Origin: Hyphomicrobiales bacterium
Lineage (GTDB): Bacteria > Pseudomonadota > Alphaproteobacteria > Rhizobiales > JAJFHB01
Assembly (NCBI GenBank): GCA_021775755.1
Contig: JAJFHE010000013.1
Coordinates: 48,950 to 112,949 of the forward strand
Direction of reading: 5' to 3'
DNA: 64,000 bases
The stretch's first letter is position 1. Each line of letters opens with the position of its first letter. Below, one piece after another: positions 56,461 through 64,000 of the stretch. The notes under the pieces were generated by a model, which ran no database searches, was not told the DNA's origin, and saw nothing but the letters and a program-made list of their open reading frames with translations. The position numbers and the translations under genes are program-made.

Positions 56461-57897
56461 TCAGTCCGTGCCCGCGCCTATGGCATGGCGCGCAGCACTC
56501 AGTTTCCAGGCCGCGATGTTGGCGGCAAAGGCGAGTGGAATGAAGGCGGCGAAGACCCAGAACCCGACCGAGCGAGCCGCGTCGAGTGAAACCCCTTCGG
56601 AGAATCCGGCGGCGTTGGCGATGATGCCGGCAAGCGATGCGCCGATTGCGTATCCCAGCATCTGAACGGATGGCAGGACGGAGGAAATACGGTCGCGGTC
56701 CGCCTCCGGTGCGCCTGAAATGGCGCGCCGGACAACGAACGCCCAGGCCATGCCGAAACCCGCCCCCTGCATCACGGCGAATGGCAGCAGCGCGACCACT
56801 GGTCCGGTCGGCATATAGACGGTGAGACCGATGACGCTTAGCGTAATCAGAACGGATCCGGACCGGATGATCCAGGGCTCCAGACGCGGGCCGGCCCCCG
56901 ACACCGCGATGGCCGCAACCGACCAGGCGACCGACTCGATGGCGACGATGTAGCCCGCCGTCAACGGGTCGATGCCGTAAAGAGTCTGCATGATGATCGG
57001 CCCGTAGACAAACAGGGATACGCTGGCAACGGCGCTGGCGAGCACCATGACCGTGCCGGCACCGGGTGCGTGTCCAAGGTTCAATGGCCGGATTGCCAGC
57101 ATGCGTGCCGGGCTAACGCCATCTCGGCGCACGAAGGCCCAGAGAAGCGCGGAGCCGGCGATGCAGAGCAGCGGCGTCCAGACAAGCGAGACATGCGCGC
57201 CCGCGGCTGCAATGGCAAAGACGCCGAGTGAAAGCAAGCCGAGGTTTTTCCAGTCGACGCCGGACGAGGTCTCGGTGTCGTCGCGTGGTGCGGCGGGGCC
57301 GAGCAGGTGCGCAGAGGCAAGGCCGAACAGGACTGCCTGTGCGGCAAATGCCCAGAAGCCGCCGCGCCAGTATCCGTAGTTCGCAAACAACCCGCCGATC
57401 AACGGTCCGATGAGCGAGGACACTCCCCAGGTGGCGGACACGATGGCGACGATGCGTAACCAGAGGCGTTGGGGAAACAACCGGTTCATGCCGGTGAACG
57501 TGCCCGCCAGCATCATGCCACCGCCGATGCCCTGCAGTATGCGGCCGAACAGCATGGCAGCCATGTCGGGAGCGAGAGCGCTGATAACGCAACCGAGTGT
57601 GTAAAGCGCGGCAGCGCTCGTCATGACCTTGCGCATGCCGACCCGCGTTACGAGAACTCCGGTGGCGACGGCGGAAATAATCGAGCCAAGCTCGTAGAGA
57701 GCCAGAGTCCAGCTCAGATAGGGCAGGCCGCCGATGTCCCGAACCGCGCTTGGCATCAGCGTTGCCACGAGAAGCGAGTCGGCGGCGTGCAACCAGACGC
57801 CGAGGCACAGCACCGCCAGAAGGGCCAGATGGCCGCGCCGGAAAAGCTCGCTCCACGGCGCCGGGCCGGTGGCGGTCGTATCGGCTGACTGGCTCAT
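56461..57897 (-). CDS. MFS transporter
   Basis: 14 hydrophobic segments, MFS loop GRILQGIGGG; 478 aa. Confidence 0.75.
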   Translation of the reverse strand: MSQSADTTATGPAPWSELFRRGHLALLAVLCLGVWLHAADSLLVATLMPSAVRDIGGLPYLSWTLALYELGSIISAVATGVLVTRVGMRKVMTSAAALYTLGCVISALAPDMAAMLFGRILQGIGGGMMLAGTFTGMNRLFPQRLWLRIVAIVSATWGVSSLIGPLIGGLFANYGYWRGGFWAFAAQAVLFGLASAHLLGPAAPRDDTETSSGVDWKNLGLLSLGVFAIAAAGAHVSLVWTPLLCIAGSALLWAFVRRDGVSPARMLAIRPLNLGHAPGAGTVMVLASAVASVSLFVYGPIIMQTLYGIDPLTAGYIVAIESVAWSVAAIAVSGAGPRLEPWIIRSGSVLITLSVIGLTVYMPTGPVVALLPFAVMQGAGFGMAWAFVVRRAISGAPEADRDRISSVLPSVQMLGYAIGASLAGIIANAAGFSEGVSLDAARSVGFWVFAAFIPLAFAANIAAWKLSAARHAIGAGTD

Positions 57898-58041
57898 CGG
57901 TTGCTCCGCAGTGAGATGCCGGGTTAATTAAGAAAGTATTTTCTTTAAAAATTCAAGTACCAATGTGACGTCCGGTTTCTTGCGCGTGAATGTCGCAAAA
58001 ATAAATGCTGCCAAATCAATCTGTTTTTGTATGCTCCGCGC

Positions 58042-58767
58042 ATGTCGATCTGGGGTAAAGTTGTTGGCGCTGCAGCCGGGCTCGCTATGGGCGGTCCGAT
58101 CGGGGCACTTGTGGGCGCGGTCGCGGGCCACTTTGCGGTGGACCGGGGGGGCGAGGCGCTGACCGGTGCCAATCCGGAAGCTGAAGTTGCGTTTACGATC
58201 GGCGTCATCGCGCTCGGCGCCAAAATGGCCAAAGCCGACGGTGTGGTCACGAAAGACGAGATCGACGCCTTCAAGGAAGTGTTCGCCATTCCACCGGAGG
58301 AAATGAAGAACGTCGCGCGCGTGTTCAATTTGGCAAAGCGCGACGTGGCGGGTTACGACGCCTATGCACGCCAGCTTGCCAACCTGTTCAAGGACAAGCC
58401 CGACGTTCTGGAAAATGTGCTCGATGGCCTGTTTCACATCGCCAAGGCGGACAATGTCGTGCACAGCTCCGAGCTTGAGTATCTGAAATCGGTATCCGGC
58501 ATATTCGGCTTTGAAGAACGCGCATTCGAACATATCCGGGCGCGCCACGTGGCGCTCGAGGACAGCGATCCCTTTGCCGTGCTCGGTCTTGAGCGCACCG
58601 CAACGGATGACGACATCAAGCGCACCTACCGCCGTCTGGTGCGCGATAACCATCCCGATGTCCTGATCGGGCGGGGCATGCCGCCGGAAGCTATCGAGAT
58701 CGCCAACCGCAAGCTTGCCGCCATCAACGCCGCCTATGACCGGATCGAAAAGGAACGCGGTCTGTGA
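58042..58767 (+). CDS. DjlA-like co-chaperone (N-terminal TM, TerB-like domain, C-terminal J domain)
   Basis: C-terminal J domain DPFAVLGLERTATDDDIKRTYRRLVRDNHPD (HPD motif); ATG 58042. Confidence 0.7.
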   Translation: MSIWGKVVGAAAGLAMGGPIGALVGAVAGHFAVDRGGEALTGANPEAEVAFTIGVIALGAKMAKADGVVTKDEIDAFKEVFAIPPEEMKNVARVFNLAKRDVAGYDAYARQLANLFKDKPDVLENVLDGLFHIAKADNVVHSSELEYLKSVSGIFGFEERAFEHIRARHVALEDSDPFAVLGLERTATDDDIKRTYRRLVRDNHPDVLIGRGMPPEAIEIANRKLAAINAAYDRIEKERGL

Positions 58768-59531
58768 GTGCCGCGCCCGAGCTTGCCATTGTGCAGCGCC
58801 CTTCGCCAAACCAGGGCGAGCGCAAGAACGGTCTTGAGGCGGACATCCTGCTTCTGCATTACACCGCAACGAAGTCGGCGGAAAACGCGCTTACCTGGCT
58901 TTGCAACCCGCAGGCCGAGGCCTCGTCGCACTATCTCGTCGATGAAGACGGCACCGTCTACCAAATGGTCGACGAGGCCATGCGCGCCTGGCATGCGGGT
59001 GCGTCGTTCTGGGCCGGCGAAACCGACATCAACAGTTGCTCGATCGGCATCGAAATTCAAAACGAGGGTACCTGGGGCGGCAATCCGGATTTTCCCGATG
59101 CGCAGATGGACGCGGTGGAGACGCTCAGTCTCGGCATCCTTCACCGTCACGACATTCCGCCTCACCGCGTGCTCGCCCATTCCGATGTGGCGCCCGGCCG
59201 CAAGGTCGATCCGGGCGAGAAGTTCGACTGGGAGCGCCTGCACGGCGCCGACATCGGACACTGGGTGGAGCCTTGTGCGATCGCCGAAGGGCCGGTGCTG
59301 GATCTCGGCGACGAAGGCGATGCGGTTCGCGCCGTACAGAGCCAGCTTGGCGCCTACGGCTACCGGGTTCCCGAAAACGGACTTTACGACGGCCTCACCA
59401 AAACCGTCGTATCCGCCTTCCAGCTTCATTTCCGTCAGGCACGGGTTGACGGCGTGTTCGATGTCTCGACGCGTGAGACCCTGCGCCGGCTCGCGGACGC
59501 ATTGCCCCGATCCGCGCCCCGATCTGCTTGA
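58764..59531 (+). CDS. N-acetylmuramoyl-L-alanine amidase (AmpD-like, amidase_2) with C-terminal peptidoglycan-binding domain
   Basis: ILLLHYTA...AWHAG...HSD Zn-binding pattern; C-term AVRAVQSQLGAYGY PG_binding_1-like; GTG start overlapping upstream stop. Confidence 0.7.
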   Translation: MSAAPELAIVQRPSPNQGERKNGLEADILLLHYTATKSAENALTWLCNPQAEASSHYLVDEDGTVYQMVDEAMRAWHAGASFWAGETDINSCSIGIEIQNEGTWGGNPDFPDAQMDAVETLSLGILHRHDIPPHRVLAHSDVAPGRKVDPGEKFDWERLHGADIGHWVEPCAIAEGPVLDLGDEGDAVRAVQSQLGAYGYRVPENGLYDGLTKTVVSAFQLHFRQARVDGVFDVSTRETLRRLADALPRSAPRSA

Positions 59532-59557
59532 CGGAACCGCATGTGGGCTCATATTGA

Positions 59558-59962
<405 letters not shown>

Positions 59963-60211
59963 GGGTCCCGCGCCGGGCAATCGCAACACTTTGTTAAGCA
60001 AACACCCTCGACAATGTCCGTGACATCAAAAGGTCGCAAGGCGCGGTTGCGCTTGTCTTTGCCCGCCAATTGCGGAGCTTTGGCCCGCCAACGGTATTGG
60101 CAGTCTCGCCGAAGGCTCGGGGACAGAGGGGAGAGAGGCACGGCAGTGGCCGATTGAGGGATTTCCATTTGCGGCGAGGCCACGCCGTGCCTTTCTTTAT
60201 CGGTAGCGTTC

Positions 60212-61228
60212 ATGAGCTCGTTGCAAACACCAAATGACACAGCGCATGTGCCGGTCATGTGCGCGGACGTGATCGAGGTGCTTCAGCCCAGGGATGCCGG
60301 CGTCTATGTGGATGGAACGTTCGGGGCGGGCGGCTATACGCGGGCCATTCTGGCCGCGGCGCACTGCCGCGTCATAGCCATAGACCGGGACCCCGACGCC
60401 GTGCGCGAGGGAAAGCGCCTGGCACAGGAGTATCCCGAACGACTCTGCATGGCGGAGGGGCCGTTTGCGGATATGGCGGAGCTGATAAAGGCGGGATCGG
60501 TGAGCTCGGTTGACGGTGTAGTTCTTGATATTGGTGTTTCCTCGATGCAGATCGACGATGCAGGACGCGGTTTCTCGTTCATGAATGATGGCCCTCTCGA
60601 CATGAGAATGGATCAGGGGCGGGGCGACACAACGCAGTCGGCGGCGGATGTCGTGAACACCGAGCCGGAAACGAAACTTTCGCGCATCATCAAGATACTG
60701 GGCGACGAGCGCCGGTCACGGCAGATCGCACGGGCTATTGTCGAGGCACGCCGCGCTGCGCCCATCGAAACGACGGGGGCGCTTGCGGCGATCGTGGAAA
60801 AGGCCATGGGGCCGGCGGCACGGGCGCAGCGCATTCACCCGGCAACGCGGACGTTCCAGGCCCTGCGCATGTACGTGAACGATGAGCTTGAGCAGTTGGC
60901 GCGCGCGCTGATGGCCGCCGAGACCATTCTCAATCCCGGAGGCCGGTTGGTGGTCGTTGCTTTTCACTCGCTCGAGGACAGACTGGTGAAACGTTTCTTT
61001 CAGGCGCGGACGACGCGCCCCTCGCGTCCTTCGCGTCATATGCCGGAACCGCCCGACAGCGGGCCGGAACCGACATTTGAGATTCTGACCTCCGGTGCCC
61101 GCAAGCCCGGTGACGAAGAAGTCGCGGCCAATCCGCGGGCGCGCTCGGCGAGGCTTCGCGCCGGCGAGCGCACAGCAGCTCCGACTTACCCCGCAACGCT
61201 TGCCGATTTCGGCATCGCGGCCCTTTGA
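60212..61228 (+). CDS. rsmH: 16S rRNA (cytosine1402-N4)-methyltransferase RsmH (MraW)
   Basis: HVPVM..EVL...GVYVDGTFGAGGYTRAIL, FHSLEDR motifs; 338 aa. Confidence 0.9.
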   Translation: MSSLQTPNDTAHVPVMCADVIEVLQPRDAGVYVDGTFGAGGYTRAILAAAHCRVIAIDRDPDAVREGKRLAQEYPERLCMAEGPFADMAELIKAGSVSSVDGVVLDIGVSSMQIDDAGRGFSFMNDGPLDMRMDQGRGDTTQSAADVVNTEPETKLSRIIKILGDERRSRQIARAIVEARRAAPIETTGALAAIVEKAMGPAARAQRIHPATRTFQALRMYVNDELEQLARALMAAETILNPGGRLVVVAFHSLEDRLVKRFFQARTTRPSRPSRHMPEPPDSGPEPTFEILTSGARKPGDEEVAANPRARSARLRAGERTAAPTYPATLADFGIAAL

Positions 61229-61241
61229 GGAGGATCATCGC

Positions 61242-61592
61242 GTGCTTCGTGTCATCAATGCCTGCCTTGGGATCCTGGTCTTTGTTACCGCGGTCTGGCT
61301 CTATCAGTTGAAATACGATGTGCGGGCGGCGGTGAAACGCACCCATGTACTTCGCACGGAGATCACGGAGATCCGGCAGGACCTGACGCTGCTGGAAGCG
61401 GAGGGCACGCATTTGAGGAGCCTGGCCAGGCTTGAGGCGCTTGCCGCGAAACACCTGCCGCTGCGGCCAACGGAAGCCGAACAGGTTGTGCCGCACGGGC
61501 TGTTGTCGTCGACACTTGCCATGCGTGTCGAAGAAGTGCCGGAGGAGCCGGCGGCCGACCCGATCGGCTCGCTTCTGGGGCAGACGCAATGA
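61242..61592 (+). CDS. ftsL: Cell division protein FtsL-like
   Basis: GTG 61242 with GAGGAGGA RBS; single TM (INACLGILVFVTAVWLY) then coiled coil; position between rsmH and ftsI; ATGA overlap with ftsI. Confidence 0.65.
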   Translation: MLRVINACLGILVFVTAVWLYQLKYDVRAAVKRTHVLRTEITEIRQDLTLLEAEGTHLRSLARLEALAAKHLPLRPTEAEQVVPHGLLSSTLAMRVEEVPEEPAADPIGSLLGQTQ

Positions 61593-63325
61593 GCGCGCCA
61601 ACCCTTCCTGTCGGCACAAACGCCGATGCCGCGGTCGCCGTGCCGGTGCGTCCGGCCACCAACCACGTCGCTCCCGAACGCCGGATGGAAGCGCGAACGC
61701 GCATCGTCATGTTCGCGTTCTGCATGGCGTTTGCGATCATTGCCGGCAAGCTGAGTTATCTGTCGATCGTTTCCGATGGACGCGAACAGGAAGCGCCGGC
61801 GCGCGATGAGTCTGTACCGATACCGAGGCCGGGAATTGTCGATCGTACCGGCCGTGTCATGGCAACCGACCTGCAGGTCGCCTCGCTGTTCGCCGAACCG
61901 CGCCGCATCATCGATGTCGACGAAGCGGTCGAACTTTTGACATCGCATCTCACCGGGCTCGACGCACAGCAACTGCGCGCCAAGCTTGATAGCGATCGTG
62001 GCTTTGTGTGGATCCGCCGCGAGGTTGGGCCGCGCGAGCAGGAAATGATCCACAATCTCGGTATTCCGGGGCTTGGCTTCCGCTCTGAGCAGCGCCGCGT
62101 TTATCCTAATGGCCGTGCCGGTGCCCACGTCCTCGGTTACGTCGATGTGGATTCTCAAGGCATTGCGGGAATCGAGAAATATCTCGACGATGGCGGCAGC
62201 CTTTATGTTGCATCGCTTGCCGAACCGGACCAACCGGCGGCGGCGCCCGTCGTTCTCGCCATGGATTTGCGCGTTCAGCATGCGCTTCACGATGAGCTGA
62301 CCAAGGCGATGGAGCGGTTTCAGGCGATCGGGGCAGCAGGCGTCGTGCTCGACGTCCATACAGGTGAGGTCGTGGCACTTGCATCCCTGCCGGATTTCAA
62401 TCCGAACGACCCCCGCACGTCGCTCGATGCGACGACCAACAACCGCGTCACCGCCGGTGTTTACGAACTCGGTTCGACATTCAAGACCATCACGTTCGCC
62501 ATGGCGCTCGATGCCGGGACGACGACGTTGCAGGGTCGTTACGACGCGACCCACCCGATCCGCGTCGGCGGCTTCCGCATCAGCGACTTCCACGCCAAAC
62601 GGCGCGTTTTGACCGTGCCTGAAATTTTTATTTACTCGTCGAATATCGGCTCCGCCAAGATGGCACTGGATGTCGGGCTGGAGGGGCATCGTGAGTTTCT
62701 CGCCCGCCTCGGGCTGCTTGAACGGCTGCGCACCGAGCTCCCGACCGCCGCACCGCTTGTGCCTTCGAACTTCAGCGAGGTGACGAGCATGACCGTGGCG
62801 TTCGGACACGGCCTGTCGGTGACGCCGCTGCAGCTTGCGACCGCCGGCGCGGCGCTGGTCAATGGCGGCAACTTCATCGAGCCGACTTTCCTGGTGCGCG
62901 ACCGCAATGTTGCGAGTTCACTGGCGCGCCGCGTGATCCGGCCTGAAACCAGCGAGGCGATGCGCCAGCTGATGGTGTTCAATGTCGCGGACGGCACGGC
63001 GCGGCGCGCCGGGGTCGATGGCTATGCGGTCGGCGGCAAGACGGGATCGGCCGAGAAGGTCGTCGACGGGCGCTACAGCAATACCGCACTTTTGACATCT
63101 TTTCTGGGAATGTTCCCAGGCTACGATCCGCGCTATGTCGTCCTCATCGTCCTTGATGAGCCCAGGGCGGCAGAAGGAACTTACGGCAACCGTACGGCGG
63201 GGTGGAATGCGGTGCCGACAGCCGGGGCGGTTATCCGGCGCGTTGCACCTATGCTCGGCCTTGTGCCGCGCGCGCCTGAAGATCTGACCAATCTGACACC
63301 CTTGCTGGTGCAGGCCGAACAGTAA
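61589..63325 (+). CDS. ftsI: Peptidoglycan D,D-transpeptidase FtsI (penicillin-binding protein 3)
   Basis: N-terminal TM, dimerisation domain, transpeptidase motifs STFK, SSN, KTGS; 578 aa. Confidence 0.9.
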   Translation: MSAPTLPVGTNADAAVAVPVRPATNHVAPERRMEARTRIVMFAFCMAFAIIAGKLSYLSIVSDGREQEAPARDESVPIPRPGIVDRTGRVMATDLQVASLFAEPRRIIDVDEAVELLTSHLTGLDAQQLRAKLDSDRGFVWIRREVGPREQEMIHNLGIPGLGFRSEQRRVYPNGRAGAHVLGYVDVDSQGIAGIEKYLDDGGSLYVASLAEPDQPAAAPVVLAMDLRVQHALHDELTKAMERFQAIGAAGVVLDVHTGEVVALASLPDFNPNDPRTSLDATTNNRVTAGVYELGSTFKTITFAMALDAGTTTLQGRYDATHPIRVGGFRISDFHAKRRVLTVPEIFIYSSNIGSAKMALDVGLEGHREFLARLGLLERLRTELPTAAPLVPSNFSEVTSMTVAFGHGLSVTPLQLATAGAALVNGGNFIEPTFLVRDRNVASSLARRVIRPETSEAMRQLMVFNVADGTARRAGVDGYAVGGKTGSAEKVVDGRYSNTALLTSFLGMFPGYDPRYVVLIVLDEPRAAEGTYGNRTAGWNAVPTAGAVIRRVAPMLGLVPRAPEDLTNLTPLLVQAEQ

Positions 63326-63335
63326 CGGGGATGGC

Positions 63336-64000
63336 ATGCAGCTTTCGGCTTTGTTTACACACGGACCCGGGGTCCCGGGGCCTGACGGTGAGGTTGAGAT
63401 AACAGGACTCACGTCGGACAGCCGGAAGGTTGAGCCCGGATTTCTGTTTGCCGCGCTTAAGGGACTTGAAACGGATGGCGCCCGATTTGTGGCGAACGCC
63501 ATCGAGAACGGGGCGATTGCCGTCCTCGGTGCGCCGGACGTGGTCAAGAAAGTGCCGAAAAACGTGACGTTTGTCGCCTCGGACCGGGCGCGGCATGATT
63601 TTGCACTTGCCGCGGCGCGGTTCTTCGGCGTGCAGCCTGAAATTGCCGTCGGCATCACCGGCACGAATGGCAAGACATCGGTAGCGGCATTTCTGCGCCA
63701 GATCTGGCAGGCGCTCGGACATGGCGCGGCGAGTATCGGAACTGTTGGCGTCGTCTCTTCGACAGGGAGTTTCGATCTTCAGCACACAACGCCCGATCCG
63801 GTGGAATTGCACAGGATCCTGCGTGATATTGCAGCCGACCCGATCGATCACGTGGCCATAGAAGTTTCAAGCCACGGACTTCAGCAATGCCGTGCCGACG
63901 GTATCCGTTTTGCCGCCGCGGCGTTCACCAACATCTCGCGCGACCACCTCGACTATCATGCGGATTTTCAACACTATTTCGACGCGAAGATGAAGCTCTT
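63336..64000 (+). CDS. murE: UDP-N-acetylmuramoyl-L-alanyl-D-glutamate--2,6-diaminopimelate ligase MurE (3'-truncated by window end)
   Basis: ATG 63336; GITGTNGKTS P-loop, DHLDYH; runs to window edge. Confidence 0.85.
   Translation, partial: MQLSALFTHGPGVPGPDGEVEITGLTSDSRKVEPGFLFAALKGLETDGARFVANAIENGAIAVLGAPDVVKKVPKNVTFVASDRARHDFALAAARFFGVQPEIAVGITGTNGKTSVAAFLRQIWQALGHGAASIGTVGVVSSTGSFDLQHTTPDPVELHRILRDIAADPIDHVAIEVSSHGLQQCRADGIRFAAAAFTNISRDHLDYHADFQHYFDAKMKL

Noticed and set aside
61304-62809. 501-aa minus-strand ORF antisense to ftsI
   Set aside because: ftsI has STFK/SSN/KTGS motifs on the plus strand; antisense ORF is Arg-rich and featureless.

Overview
This is a GC-rich (~62-65%) alphaproteobacterial, Rhizobiales-like chromosomal segment. 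It starts inside putA and ends in the cell-division (dcw) cluster rsmH-ftsL-ftsI-murE, with RNase P RNA (rnpB) just upstream.

The core is ordinary housekeeping and catabolic genes (all calls from sequence reading, no database run):
- two tandem SDR paralogs, the ABC-F translation factor ettA, and a MlaA plus two MlaC-like gene cluster
- an ArsR-methyltransferase fusion followed by metF
- a class V aminotransferase, an AlkD-like DNA repair protein, GST, an aromatic amino-acid decarboxylase, and a TPR protein
- an SPFH protein, an ArsR/SRPBCC pair, and a Rieske oxygenase
- a cluster of two glutamine-synthetase-like genes with a fused oxoprolinase, an acyl-CoA ligase, a BA14K-family protein, and a PuuB-like FAD oxidase
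- rmlD, DUF1194, DMT and MFS transporters, homocysteine S-methyltransferase, a DjlA-like co-chaperone, and an AmpD-like amidase

The stand-out region is a roughly 8 kb mosaic insertion (~22.9-30.8 kb). It truncates a nitronate monooxygenase gene and ends at two abutting degenerate tRNA-like elements. It carries:
- a strongly AT-rich (~40% GC) 491-aa orphan gene
- a degraded IS5-family element
- a methyltransferase
- an apparently frameshifted membrane/coiled-coil gene translationally coupled to a GAF-GAF-PAS class III nucleotide cyclase
- a Cys-rich Zn-ribbon protein

Other unusual items:
- a secreted caspase (C14) domain fused to a C-terminal cytochrome-P460-like CxxCH haem domain
- a TPR / LOG-like Rossmann / nucleotide cyclase fusion followed by a GreA/Rnk-like gene
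- an orphan minus-strand terminator in a ~480 bp ORF-free region, a candidate small RNA
- a highly structured 430 bp GC-rich leader upstream of the SPFH gene

No CRISPR array and no rRNA were found. Many long antisense ORFs in the six-frame track are GC-rich artefacts.
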